A stretch of DNA of 64,000 bases. It comes from a virus. The stretch is taken from IMG/VR virus record IMGVR_UViG_3300048837_000398, positions 1 to 64,000 of that record; one strand, written 5' to 3'. A program made the position numbers and the translations under genes. Of this stretch, positions 50,024-60,979 are shown piece by piece (position 1 is the first letter of the stretch; each line of letters starts with the position of its first letter). The notes below the pieces were generated by a model, which did not search any database, had not been told where the DNA came from, and saw only the letters and a list, made by a program, of their open reading frames with translations.

Positions 50024-50115
50024 TGATCGCCTCGAACGCCCGTCCAAGGGACGCTGCCTATCCTAGGCTCACGTTTAAACGAACTAAGGATGACGCTAGG
50101 AAAGACTAGATCTAC

Positions 50116-50198
50116 GGAGAGATGGCAGAGCGGTTTAATGCACTAGTCTTGAAAACTAGCGGTCTCACGATCCCCGAGTTCGAATCTCGGTCTCTCCG
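50116..50198 (+). tRNA. tRNA-Ser(TGA)
   Basis: GGAGAGA/TCTCTCC acceptor, CTAGT-CTTGAAA-ACTAG anticodon arm, variable arm, GTTCGAATC, discriminator G73. Confidence 0.93.
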
Positions 50199-50257
50199 CA
50201 TCACCTGTGTTGGTGCTAAACAGTGTGGTTTAAGTTGTAAAAACTTACCACACACCT

Positions 50258-50343
50258 ACTCTAGTGGCGGAATCGGTAGACGCTATACTAAGCAGCTGAA
50301 GCTAGGCAATTCAGCAGTACAGGTTCGAACCCTGTCTAGAGCA
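50258..50343 (+). tRNA. Leu-like tRNA body with aberrant elongated anticodon arm
   Basis: TGGCGGAATCGGTAGACGC D arm and ACAGG-TTCGAAC-CCTGT T arm. Central arm GCTGAA-GCTAGGCAA-TTCAGC. Confidence 0.55.
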
Positions 50344-50356
50344 CCCTCTCGAGGTA

Positions 50357-50435
50357 TAGTATGTGGTGTACGATGCACGTTCGAATATCCGCGCGGTCAC
50401 TTCGGAAAGAGTAAGTTTAATTCTTATCATACTAA
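50357..50435 (+). ncRNA. tRNA-like RNA with 15-nt 'anticodon' loop
   Basis: Acceptor TAGTATG/CATACTA, D stem GTGT/GCAC, stem TTCGAA/TTCGGA, T arm GTAAG-TTTAATT-CTTAT. Confidence 0.5.
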
Positions 50436-50437
50436 CT

Positions 50438-50647
50438 ATGGATAAAATATACCAATTCTTAGGTGAGTTTGATTCTTCTAAATTAGAAGAGCTTACCGTT
50501 CAAGATCCTGATTGGGTTCTTGCACACTTTAAACATGACAATTGGGGTACTCTAACATCTAGAGAACACTATGAGCAATCTAAAAGATTAGATAAAGAGT
50601 TCAAAGAGTTAGAGGCTTCCCTAACATTCGGAAAGAAACCCACTTAA
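50438..50647 (+). CDS. Hypothetical protein
   Basis: ATG at 50438 (MDKIYQF). Confidence 0.55.
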   Translation: MDKIYQFLGEFDSSKLEELTVQDPDWVLAHFKHDNWGTLTSREHYEQSKRLDKEFKELEASLTFGKKPT

Positions 50648-50648
50648 T

Positions 50649-50888
50649 ATGAAACACGTAGAATACCTTACTAAGGCAGAATTTTTAGAGCGTTTTGGTC
50701 ATCTTTTGTCCGACGAAGAACTTAAGCCTCTAAACTTGAATCCAGAAGATTTAGACCCTTACAGAATACACTTTATTCCTAAGACTGAGCTAGAACTTCG
50801 TCTTAAGAAGTACCCACGAGTTCCTGCTGAATGTTACGACAGCCCTCACACACTAGAAAATGAAGACTTACAAAGTAAAAGTACGTAA
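50649..50888 (+). CDS. Hypothetical protein
   Basis: ORF in operon context. Confidence 0.55.
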   Translation: MKHVEYLTKAEFLERFGHLLSDEELKPLNLNPEDLDPYRIHFIPKTELELRLKKYPRVPAECYDSPHTLENEDLQSKST

Positions 50889-51114
50889 GGGTTACTTAGG
50901 TGACTTTGCCCGCGAATGGTGGACTGATGAAGACCACGTTACATGGGATAAACATGTGGAGCAGTTAAAAGCTGACGGTACTTTTGGCGAAGAATCTACA
51001 GTAGAAATCTCTCTAATACATAATCCTAAACTTGACGCTTGTCAACTATACTCTCCACTTCAAAGTGCTCGATTTGATTTTCTAGATTTTTCTAAACCAC
51101 TACCTAATGAATAA
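50860..51114 (+). CDS. Hypothetical protein
   Basis: ORF in operon context. Confidence 0.55.
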   Translation: MKTYKVKVRKGYLGDFAREWWTDEDHVTWDKHVEQLKADGTFGEESTVEISLIHNPKLDACQLYSPLQSARFDFLDFSKPLPNE

Positions 51115-51481
51115 AGATCTGATAGTTCAACAAGTAATCAATAAGTTTGAAACTCGTTCAGCATTAGGAATCGCTAAGTACGGCACTACGCTACACGACA
51201 ATAATACAGATGATTTCCTTACCCATCTTCAGGAAGAACTGATGGACGCTACCCTTTATGTTGAGAAATTACGTCAGTCCCCCAAACAGCTTTTCATAAA
51301 GAACACGCTCGTCAAAGATTCGGAGGGAATAGTCCTTAGATGTATTGTCGCTGATCGTGAAACAGCTATCTTTGCTCCATATTCAGAGAATCCACAAGAT
51401 GGTTCTTTCTACACTAATTATTCTGAGCTTTCAGCGTACTTTAACGATCCTTCTATACCTAACGATCTAATAATTATCTAG
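51107..51481 (+). CDS. Phage all-alpha NTP pyrophosphohydrolase-like protein
   Basis: RSALGIAKYGTTL...HLQEELMDATLY. Confidence 0.6.
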   Translation: MNKDLIVQQVINKFETRSALGIAKYGTTLHDNNTDDFLTHLQEELMDATLYVEKLRQSPKQLFIKNTLVKDSEGIVLRCIVADRETAIFAPYSENPQDGSFYTNYSELSAYFNDPSIPNDLIII

Positions 51482-51482
51482 C

Positions 51483-51845
51483 ATGGAACAACCACTACTT
51501 ACACCGCTAACACTTGAGGTTAGCATCACTAATAAGCATGGCGATAAGATTCGTCACTATTACGAAGAAATGACTGATTCTAATGGCCACCCCATTGAGC
51601 TTCAGATAATGAATAATTTAGACTACATTTGTGAGTCCATAGCTCACTGGCTAAAATTAGATCGCATAGAATTCGAAACGCGCATTCCACCTAATGATAA
51701 CGACGAGTACGTCGTCAACTACAAGAACGAAGACAGAAAGTTCCCTACAGAAACGGTTGTTTTTGCAGACAATCTTACTAACATTAGAGCTGGCATTATC
51801 AAAGGCACACCTTCTATCACAATTCGAAAAAGTTATGCTACGTAG
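51483..51845 (+). CDS. Hypothetical protein
   Basis: ORF in operon context. Confidence 0.55.
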   Translation: MEQPLLTPLTLEVSITNKHGDKIRHYYEEMTDSNGHPIELQIMNNLDYICESIAHWLKLDRIEFETRIPPNDNDEYVVNYKNEDRKFPTETVVFADNLTNIRAGIIKGTPSITIRKSYAT

Positions 51846-51867
51846 ATTTTCACAAGCTTAATTACTC

Positions 51868-51963
51868 GGGGGTGCTTCACTGTTGCAGAACAGGACTAGT
51901 CTTCAAAACTAGACGACTGGGGTCCAAACTCAGTTTATTCGGGTGCAAGTCCTGACACCCTCG
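51868..51963 (+). tRNA. Opal (UGA)-decoding tRNA, anticodon TCA, Ser/Sec-like body
   Basis: Acceptor GGGGGTG/CACCCTC plus G73; D stem CTGTT-GCAG-AACAG; CTAGT-CTTCAAA-ACTAG (TCA at 51903-51905); long variable arm; T arm TCGGG-TGCAAGT-CCTGA. Confidence 0.85.
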
Positions 51964-51978
51964 CAAAATTCAACAACT

Positions 51979-52221
51979 ATGAACTGTCTAGAATTCGCTC
52001 TTAACGAGTGGCAGAATAATCCTAACGTCATTATTCTTTACGATGCAGACCACGTAGTATGTATTACAGACAAGTGCTACGACCAAAACGGGCCTTGCGC
52101 ATACTTCTTAGATCCTACGAAATATCTTCCACTTAAAGAATATGGTCTAAGACATCTACTCAGCTCTTTCGACTTAACTACACACTATTCGAACATTTTA
52201 AAAGCTTACCTAAATCAATAA
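51979..52221 (+). CDS. Hypothetical protein
   Basis: ATG after the tRNA (MNCLEFAL). Confidence 0.55.
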   Translation: MNCLEFALNEWQNNPNVIILYDADHVVCITDKCYDQNGPCAYFLDPTKYLPLKEYGLRHLLSSFDLTTHYSNILKAYLNQ

Positions 52222-52226
52222 TCACT

Positions 52227-52415
52227 ATGTCACACATGCTAATGGAATCTTCAGCCTCTCCTTGTCCTTGTGAAGAACGCGCTTCAACCGAACTTACTCG
52301 CTACACGATTCGTTTCTCTACTCAAGAGCCCGTTAACTTAACGACAATCCAACATCTAGTAGACACAGCTTTTCCTAACGCTCGCATAGATGCTCTCGAA
52401 ATCAACCGATGGTAA
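52227..52415 (+). CDS. Hypothetical protein
   Basis: ORF in operon context. Confidence 0.5.
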   Translation: MSHMLMESSASPCPCEERASTELTRYTIRFSTQEPVNLTTIQHLVDTAFPNARIDALEINRW

Positions 52416-52660
52416 CAGCCAACCTATCGTTTCTAGACAACGAAGTACTGCTCTATCACTCGACACTCCAACTAGAGAGTGTGAAAGATGTCGACAAAGC
52501 GCTAGACGCAGAGCTCTCAAACTTAAAGATGGCGATATTCGCTCACATCTACAAAAACCGTCCTTCAGAGTGGCACGAACCAACGCCGCTTCCTAACACA
52601 AACTTACTCAATGACAAAGAAAGTTATTACAGGCCCATCACTCCAGACGTCACTACTTAA
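52409..52660 (+). CDS. Hypothetical protein
   Basis: ORF in operon context. Confidence 0.5.
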   Translation: MVTANLSFLDNEVLLYHSTLQLESVKDVDKALDAELSNLKMAIFAHIYKNRPSEWHEPTPLPNTNLLNDKESYYRPITPDVTT

Positions 52661-55202
52661 TGGCGTAAATACTATTGCTAATGCAGTAGGATCAACTCTT
52701 GGCCCACTAGGCCGTAACGTAGTTATCGAAACTCCGTATGGCGCAACAACTGTTACTAAAGATGGTGTTACAGTTGCTCAACAAATTACTCTCGAAGATC
52801 CTCTCGAGAACTTAGCTGTTCAAATTATTAAGCAGGCATCAGAGCGCACAGCTTCTATAGCTGGCGACGGACCACAGCCCCTTTATTCGAAAGTTCTCAC
52901 ACCAACTGGGTGGACAACTCTAGGTGAACTAAAAGTTGGAGATACCATTTGTGGTACAAATGGTACTACACAAAAGGTCGTAGGCTTTTACCCTAAAGGA
53001 CCCTTACCTTTATATAAGGTTATTTTTTCGGACGGAAGAACAGTTGAATGTTCGGAAGACCACTTGTGGACCGTGACCACTAATTACGGAAAACAAAAAA
53101 CTCTGCCTCTAAGTGAGCTTATAAATCAAGGTTTGTCGTTAATTAACGACGACGGCCACAATAAGTACAAGTTTTTTGTTCAAACTACTGAAGTAGAATT
53201 TGATGAAAAACCCCTCCCCTTAGATCCTTACTTTCTAGGAGTATTGCTTGGAGATGGTTCCCTAAGTGGAAGTGGTGCAATTGAGCTCTCGTTAGGCCTC
53301 AAGAAGGCACACATACTACAAAAGCTTCTTTTGCCAGAAGGCATGAGTTTTACGATCGCTTTAGATGAATCTAAAAATTATATTAGAGTTAGATTTCAAG
53401 GTGCTGATAAAAATGGGAAAAATCTAAAAGACATTCTTTTAGATTTAAATTTGCTCGGAACACATAGCGCTACAAAATTTATTCCGGACCTATACCTCTA
53501 TTCGAGCTTAAAATCTCGCGAAGCCCTTTTACAGGGTCTCGTAGACACTGATGGCCATGTTAATCTTCGTGGCAAATTCGAGTTTAGTACTATAAGCGAC
53601 CAACTATCTGCCAACTTTCAAGATTTGGTACGCTCACTGGGCATTCAGACGCACTACACAAAGTTAGACCGAACATATTCTGGCGGATATTCTGTAAACC
53701 CAGTCCATCGGATAGTAGAATTAAAAGGGTACAAACACGGCATCAAAATAGTAGATGTTCAACCTCAAAACAGATTTGAGGAGATGGTCTGTATTAAAGT
53801 TTCAAACGATGACCATTTGTACATCACAGATGAATATGTCGTCACACATAATACAACTACTGCAACAGTACTCGCGCAAAAGCTTTATTCCGAAGCACTT
53901 AAACTAGTTAACTCGGGTGTCGCCCCTATCCACATCAAGAACGATTACGAAGCCTACTTAAAAGCTATCGCCCCTCTTATCGACGATAATACGCTCCAGA
54001 TTACGACGCCTCAAGACACGTACCAGATCGCACTTATTTCTGCGAATAACGATCCGACTATTGCATCTCTTATTTCGACAGCTATCGAATACGTAGGCAA
54101 GGATGGCTCGATTACACTCGAAGAGTCTAAGACTGGCGAGTCGTATGTAGAGCTAGTAGACGGTACTTCTTTCGAGCGCCCTTACGCTTCTCCGTACTTC
54201 GTCACTAATCCGCCTAAAGGGACAGCTGAACTCACCAATCCGCTCATCTTTATTACGGATAAGAAACTTCGCTACAATCAAGAGCTTCTTCCCGTACTCA
54301 ACTTAGCAGCCGATAACTCACGTCCACTAGTTATTATTGCAGACGATATCGAAGGTCAAGCTCTTCAGACGCTCGTCATCAACAAGCTTCGCGGTACTAT
54401 CGAGGTGCTAGCTATCAGAGCTCCTTCGTACGGTGAGAACCGTCTCGAAGTACTTAAAGACCTCGCAGCCCTCACTTCAGCGAACCTTATTACAGAGCTC
54501 TCTGGAACACGTATCGAAGATGTTAAGCTCACTGATTTAGGTGAAGCGGCTAAAGTGATTTCTTCGCGTCACCAAACTATCATTGTTGATGGTGTTCAAG
54601 ATCCCACCCAAATCGAAGCTCGTGCGAGTACAATCACACAGCTTCTCGCTCAACATCAGCCAGACTCATATTTCTATAAGCAGCTCTCTACTCGACTAGC
54701 TAAGCTCACTGCTAAGGTTGCAGTGCTCAATGTAGGAGCACCTACAGAAACCGAGCTTAAAGAGCGCAAAGCCCGTGTTGACGACGCACTTCGAGCTACT
54801 ACAGCAGCTATTAAAACTGGTTTCGTAGTTGGTGGCGGTACGCTTCTCGCTAAGCTCTCGACTACCCTCCCTAACGATCTTTCGTCTAAAGCCTTCGCAC
54901 TAGCTCTTCAAGAACCTCTTCGTCGAATAGCTGAAAATGCTGGACAATCTCCGTCTCTCGTCCTTTCAAAAGTACTTGAGAACCCTTCGATTTCATTCGG
55001 TTATAACGCTTTAACTGACTCCTATACAGATCTTATCGAAGACAAGGTTATCGATCCTGCACTCGTAGTGAAGCAAGCGCTACTCTCCGCAGTTTCAGCA
55101 GCAAACATGCTCATCCTATCTTCGACTGCAGTCTACAATGTAGATCGCACTCCTCCTTATTCTCCAGGCTCTCTAAATGATTTTGAATCGCACGAATCCT
55201 AA
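52611..55202 (+). CDS. groEL: GroEL chaperonin precursor containing an intein (536 aa after splicing)
   Basis: [37 protein letters not shown] and VIDPALV motifs. Confidence 0.95.
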   Translation: MTKKVITGPSLQTSLLNGVNTIANAVGSTLGPLGRNVVIETPYGATTVTKDGVTVAQQITLEDPLENLAVQIIKQASERTASIAGDGPQPLYSKVLTPTGWTTLGELKVGDTICGTNGTTQKVVGFYPKGPLPLYKVIFSDGRTVECSEDHLWTVTTNYGKQKTLPLSELINQGLSLINDDGHNKYKFFVQTTEVEFDEKPLPLDPYFLGVLLGDGSLSGSGAIELSLGLKKAHILQKLLLPEGMSFTIALDESKNYIRVRFQGADKNGKNLKDILLDLNLLGTHSATKFIPDLYLYSSLKSREALLQGLVDTDGHVNLRGKFEFSTISDQLSANFQDLVRSLGIQTHYTKLDRTYSGGYSVNPVHRIVELKGYKHGIKIVDVQPQNRFEEMVCIKVSNDDHLYITDEYVVTHNTTTATVLAQKLYSEALKLVNSGVAPIHIKNDYEAYLKAIAPLIDDNTLQITTPQDTYQIALISANNDPTIASLISTAIEYVGKDGSITLEESKTGESYVELVDGTSFERPYASPYFVTNPPKGTAELTNPLIFITDKKLRYNQELLPVLNLAADNSRPLVIIADDIEGQALQTLVINKLRGTIEVLAIRAPSYGENRLEVLKDLAALTSANLITELSGTRIEDVKLTDLGEAAKVISSRHQTIIVDGVQDPTQIEARASTITQLLAQHQPDSYFYKQLSTRLAKLTAKVAVLNVGAPTETELKERKARVDDALRATTAAIKTGFVVGGGTLLAKLSTTLPNDLSSKAFALALQEPLRRIAENAGQSPSLVLSKVLENPSISFGYNALTDSYTDLIEDKVIDPALVVKQALLSAVSAANMLILSSTAVYNVDRTPPYSPGSLNDFESHES
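52872..53852 (+). mobile_element. Class 3 intein with LAGLIDADG endonuclease in GroEL (327 aa)
   Basis: Starts [17 protein letters not shown] triad: EDHLW, MVCIKV, VVTHN/T. Endonuclease motifs GVLLGDG and GLVDTDG. Confidence 0.9.
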
Positions 55203-58200
55203 CGACTTCATAGTCGAGATTCCGCAGCATCATCCGCTTTCTTCAGCATATTTATCGTTCTGACGCGAGCAAAAAAGACGTTCAATAGAAGGTTATTGGG
55301 TAGGTGGCATTTGAATGCCTCCTGCCCTTTACTATTATGCGAACTTCGGAACAATCAAGAAGAACCGCTCTAAGTATTCAGCTTCCTCCAAGATCTATGC
55401 GCGGCCTGACTTACGAGACATCGAATGGGATCTATTCTATCTCTATACAGAAGCGCGAGGATTCTCAGGATTTTCTCTCGACCCCGTCTACTCCTCTAAC
55501 AAAGCTCTACTTGACGCAGAAGTAACTGACGATATTCTTCGACTTCACCTGCCATCTACACTCAAGGCTGACGGATCTCGCAAAACATTCGTTCCAGCTC
55601 GCGAGTATATGCGCGCTCTACACCCTACCCAACTAGGCGCACCTCTTTTCGAAAATGAAAAGCAGAACCTTCTTCTTCTCGGTACTCGAGATCTCGGCAA
55701 GTCGTATGCTGTAGGTGTAGGCATGGTTGGCCACATGTTCCTTTTCGATGGCGCAACTTCTTATTCAGAGTCTCGCGAAGAGCTCTCTCCAGCTGAAGTT
55801 CTTGTAGGAGCATCTGTTTCAGACAAATCTCGAGATCTACTTAAAAAAACAAAAGACTCGTTCGATTTCTTACCGGGCAAGCAAATCATCGCCTCACGCA
55901 CTTACCCTTCTCCTTTCTCTAAACAGTACACAGGCTCGTGAGCAGTTAATGCTGATATCAAGGCCGAATATAAAAAGAAGTCTGATGGGCGATGGGAGAC
56001 AGTGGGCTCCCGCTCTACGATTAAGCATCGCTCTTTCAACGAAAACCCGTTTGCTGCACAAGGTACTCGCCCTGACTTACTTGTCATCGAGGAAGCTGGT
56101 CTAGCTTCAGAGCTCAAAGACATCTTCGTGCACACTGTCGACACACTGCGTCGAGGTCTAACTAAGACTGGGACATTGCTTTGCTTGGGTTGTGTCGTAG
56201 CTGGCACTAAAGTTTGAACATCTAAAGGTAAACTTCTAAACGTCGAAGATCTTACCGTAGAAGATGGAATCTTAGGTTACTCTGGATCAGCAATTGTACC
56301 TCTACCAATCACTAACATTAACCCAATCGCAGTAAAACAGTGTGTCAGAATTACGACCGAAGGTAACAACGTTATCGAAGCCTCTATAGACCACCCATTT
56401 TTAGCCTCTTCTCGTAAAGAACGGCTTTCTAACACAACGTACAATTATAATTTCAAGCAAGCCGCTACACTAAACGTAGGTGATTACTTAGCGCTAGCTA
56501 ACGAAATCCCGTTTTTTGGAGAAGTCGAGGAAAAAGACGCTTACTTAATAGGGCTGATGCTCGGTGACGGCTACTTTAAAGGCTCGTCAGTTTCGATCGA
56601 TAACGACGAAGTCTACAACTTTATTTCGACTAACTACGAAACGTCTACACACAAAAGGTACGAAACTAAAAAAGGGACGCTGTACTACGAGCTCTACATA
56701 AAAGGGATTAGTCAAAAGCTAAAAACTCTAGGGCTAACGGATCTTACTAAAGAACAAAAAGATTTTCCGCTTACAGCACAAGAATTTTCGAAAGAGTCTT
56801 TAGCACTTCTGCTAGCAGGTTGCTTCGACTCAGATGGAAATGTCAATAGGTCTAAAAAGACAACACGTGTTGTTCTAACTAATATTTCGTTAAAACTACT
56901 TCAATCGGTTAAATGGGCCCTTTTAAAATTTGGCATCCATTCTTCGATCTACAAAGAGAAACGAAACACGAAGCCCCCTAAAGGCTACGAAAATCAGCTA
57001 CCGCATATTTACAGACTCTACATTTCTAGAGACGCAGACGTCGCCACGTTTAAGCAGTACATTCCAATTAAGCATTCTAAAAAAGTCGAAACTCTAGGCC
57101 AATTTACTCCAGGTAATCGTCAAGTTGGAAAACACTTAGGAGTCTTCACACTTACAAACCGCCATGAAGACGAAACATTCTTAGCCGATAACTCGTCGAT
57201 TTCTAACTTTAGATTCGTACGCGTGACTTCTGTCGAGGCAATTGGTGAAAAAGAAATCTACAACCTAACTGCAGGAGAATATCATAACTATCTAGCCAAT
57301 GGCTTCATCACCCATAACACAGGTGGAGACATGCAGAAGGGCACGCTCGCAGCTTCCGAAATGTTTTACGAGCCCGAGAAATACGACTTCCTTTCTTTCG
57401 AAGATACTTACGAGTCTCGAGGCAAGATAGCATATTTTGTGCCCGCCTACTATTCTCTCGATAAGTTTCGAGACGATTGGGGTTACGTAGACATTCAAAA
57501 AGCTACAGAAAGCCTACTGCTTAAACGCAAGAAACTAGCTGGTGATTCTGGAGGTTCGTTCGCTCTCGACCAAGAGATGCAGTATCGTCCTCTCGTACCT
57601 TCCGAGATGTTTCTTTCGAAAGCAGCTAACATATTCCCGTTCGCAGAAATACGCCGCCGTCTCTCAGAACTACAGACTACGAAAGAATACGAAATGTACG
57701 AGCACAAGGTCAACCTATATTTTGACCCTTCTTCACAGTATAATGGTGTGTCGTACGCTATCGACCCCTCGCTAAATCCGATCACACGTTTCCCGTGAGA
57801 CTCTGACGACAGAGAAGGTGCAGTAGTTATCTACGACTTCCCGCACTTAGAAGATGGTAAAGTGCCTCCTGGCGCTTATATCATAGGATGCGACCCTTTT
57901 AAAGATGATTCACCTGACGGGCCCTCACTCGCCGCTGTCTACGTCATGAAGACGTCTAAGTACTTTGCGACGATAGGCCACGACGAAATAGTAGCATCTT
58001 ACATAGGTCGTCCATACATGGGTAAGAATGCTGTCAACGAGATCCTGCATAAACTAGCGCTCTTCTACAACGCTAAAATTTACTTCGAAAATTCTGTCGG
58101 CAACGTAAAAGACTACTTCGAAAAAGTTCGACGCCTCGACCTACTCGCTACGCAGCCAACTACAATTTTCAACAAAAAAGCTTCGTTCCTTTCGAATCAA

Positions 58201-58563
58201 TCGTTCATCTATGGCTACCCCATGCCAAACCAAAAAGTTAAGTGGGAAGCTCTGCAGTATCTACGAGCTTGGCTACTTACAGAACGTTCAGACTCTAAAA
58301 GAAACTTAGACCTCATCAAAGATCCAGCCCTTCTTCAAGAACTTATTTCGTTTAACCTCGACGGAAACTTCGACAGAGTCATGGGCCTCACTGGCTGCAT
58401 AATAGGGCTCGAAGAAATATATAACCTACAAAGACGCACCGAGCATTATCAAAAAGAATCTTCGGAGCTAGACAAAGAATTTACTAGACTTATTGTCAAC
58501 AACAAAAAACTTTTCCATGAAAATTTTTCCAAAACAAAGGCTAGCGTACTCTGAGAAAATTAA
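55177..58563 (+). CDS. terL: Terminase large subunit precursor (intein; 6 in-frame TGA)
   Basis: YLSF*REQKRRSIEGY...I*MPPALYYYANF; GTRDLGKS; LVIEEAG; G/TGGDM; GCDPF; GNFDRV. TGAs at 55261, 55312, 55939, 56215, 57796 and 58552. Confidence 0.92.
56191..57318 (+). mobile_element. Class 1 intein with LAGLIDADG endonuclease in TerL (376 aa)
   Basis: Starts CVVAGTKV*T; SIDHPF; GLMLGDG and GCFDSDG; ends YNL...ITHN/T. Confidence 0.92.
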
Positions 58564-60910
58564 GTCGGACTTCAAATGGGCGAAAGAAACTATCGACCAC
58601 TTGCTTCTTAATTTTACTCTCGAGGCTACCGTAGTCAATCAATATCACACTGACTACTTCAGAAAGCTTTCTAATTACCAGCTCTATAACAATCAGCTAA
58701 ACCAAAAAGATTTCGAAAAAGAGTGTAACCCACTCGGCATCGATGTCGGGCAATTTGCTGACGAGATTCAACCGTACAACAAAACGTACAACAAGATTCA
58801 AGTCTTGCTAGGTGAGGAGCTGCGTCGTCCGTTCAACTTCCGAACTATACTTGTCAATTCAGAAGGAGTTCGTTCGAAGATCGCACACCGTAACGCACTA
58901 ATTCGTCAATACGTAGAAACGCAAGTAAAGAAAACTCTAGCTCAATTCTCTGAGCTCTATTCTGAAGAACTGCTAGAAGAAGCTTCGACTCCGACGCTCG
59001 ACCCTTCGCAGATAGATGTCTACATGAAGACTACGTATCTCGACGCACGCGAACGACTTTCTTCGCAGATGCTGCGCTACCTACTCCGTTCACTCGACAT
59101 CAAAGACAAACAGTCTGATGGCTTTAAACACGCATGCATTGCTGGCGAAGAACTTGTCTACGTGTCTTCATTTCGTAACGAACCAGTACTCGAGATCGTT
59201 AATCCGCTCGGATTCTTTTCGCACAAATCACCCGAGACTAAGTGAGTTCAAGACTCTCTTTTCGCAGGCTATCGTACGTATCTCACTCCTTCAGAAGTCC
59301 TAGATCGTTATGGCGACTACTTGACAGAAGAACAACGTAAGACCATCGACTCTACTTCGATGGCACCATCAGGCATCAAGTCTGACACTATCTCTGGAGC
59401 ACATCGTTACGGTCACGAAAACATGGATCGCAACGAATCGACAACTCCTTTCTTCGAAGGTTCGTATTCACCGTCATCCGTAGAAGACTGGCTAGTCGAG
59501 CACGTAGAATGGCGCTCACAACGTAAGGTAGGCTTTCTCATCACCACTCCACTAGACCAAGAACCTTCTGAGCAGATCGTATCTGAAGACTTCGAAGTTC
59601 CGTCTATCGCCTCGAAGACAACTATCTTAAAAGAGTACAATCGAAAGCAAACGTCGTACAATTGGACAGACGAGCTAGGCACTTCTTACTCACTTCACTG
59701 GTCGTGGATTCCTGAAGTTTGGCAAGGTACTCGTATCGGTCGCACTATCTACTGTATGATAGGCCCTAAAGAAGAGCAGTTCCGTTCGCAAGATAATCCG
59801 TACGAAGTAAAGCTCGGTTATCATGGCCTGGTCTATAATGCGATGAACGCTTCGTCTATCTCGATAATGGACCGCATGAAGCCTTTTGCTTATCTCTACT
59901 TTATCGTGATGCACAAGCTCAAAAAGCTCATTGCTCAAGACCAAGGCAAAGTGTTCCCTATCGACGTTTCGATGATAGATCCTAAGATAGGACTCGAGAA
60001 GACACTCTACTACCTAAAAGAACTCAACTTAGACTTCTATAACCCGCTTCAAAATGCTGAAGTTCCTTCAGTAGCTCAGCGTGGTAAAGTTACTTCTGCG
60101 ATCGACATGTCGAACATGCAGCACATACTTAACTACGTATCCTTACTCGGCGCACTAGATCAGCAAATTTCTGAAGTGGCAGGCGTAACGCGCCAACGTG
60201 AAGGGCAGATTCTACCTACTGAAGCTGTTACTAATGCAGCAGCTAACGCACAAATGTCGTCAGTGATTACGCAGATTTATTTTCAGGCTCACGATAAACT
60301 CTGGGAAAAGATTCTCACTTCTCTTCTTCAAGTAACACGCCAAGCTTGGAAAAACAAGAAGATCGTGAAGCAATATGTTCTCGACGATCTATCAGTAGCT
60401 ACTCTCGAAATGTCTGAAGACGCGCTTCAAGATGCAGACTTAGGGGTTTTTGTTACGGACTCTGGTAAAGAAGTCGAAATGTTTGACGCGCTCAAGGGCA
60501 TGGCTGATGGATTACTCAACACAAACCGAGCTACGTTCTCAGACCTCATCAAGATGTACAAATCTAACTCTGCAGAAGAACTTCAAAAGCTTATCGAAGA
60601 TTCTGAAGACAAGATGCGCGAGCAAGAATCTCAAAGTCAACAGCAACAGATCGAAGCTGCTCAACAGGCTCAACAAGCTGAACAACAGTTCGAACTCGAG
60701 AAGCAAGCGCGTGAGCACGAAAATCAAATTACTCTTGCTGAAATTAATTCGTTCCGTTTCCAAGATAACCAAGACATAAATAGCAATCAAGTACCTGACC
60801 AACTTGAAGTAGCTAAGCTTAAATACGACCAAGAATTCAGAAACCGTAAGCTCGACTTAGAAGAACGCTCTGTTAAAGTGAAAGAAAAACAAGCTTCTAA
60901 ACCTAAATAA
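58517..60910 (+). CDS. Portal protein (in-frame TGA at 59243-59245)
   Basis: Follows TerL. FPKQRL start, WIPEVWQGTRIG and AGVTRQREGQI as in crAss-like portals; about 797 aa after read-through. Confidence 0.88.
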
Positions 60911-60979
60911 AGCTATACTCTTCCCAAGTCCTTACATTTTCTCACATCTTATTTTACTCCTGACTCAACTTAATTTTAC

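Noticed and set aside
50198-50225. Theta (HDV-like) ribozyme after the tRNAs
   Set aside because: After tRNA-Ser only a simple pseudoknot (GCATCA/TGGTGC, CTGT/ACAG) can form, with no P3/L3. After the UCA tRNA only a short A-rich spacer precedes the next ATG.
50122-50445. 107-aa ORF across the tRNA cluster
   Set aside because: It overlaps tRNA-Ser and the tRNA-like elements; a chance open frame.
51868-51963. Canonical selenocysteine system
   Set aside because: No selA, selB or selD gene in the window. The TGAs fall at Trp-like, not Cys-like, positions, and the best acceptor fold is 7 bp plus G73.
55177-60910. Terminase, portal, PolA, helicase and primase as pseudogenes or split genes
   Set aside because: Every break is an in-frame TGA, never TAA, TAG or a frameshift, and a UCA tRNA is present. 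Recoding explains this better.
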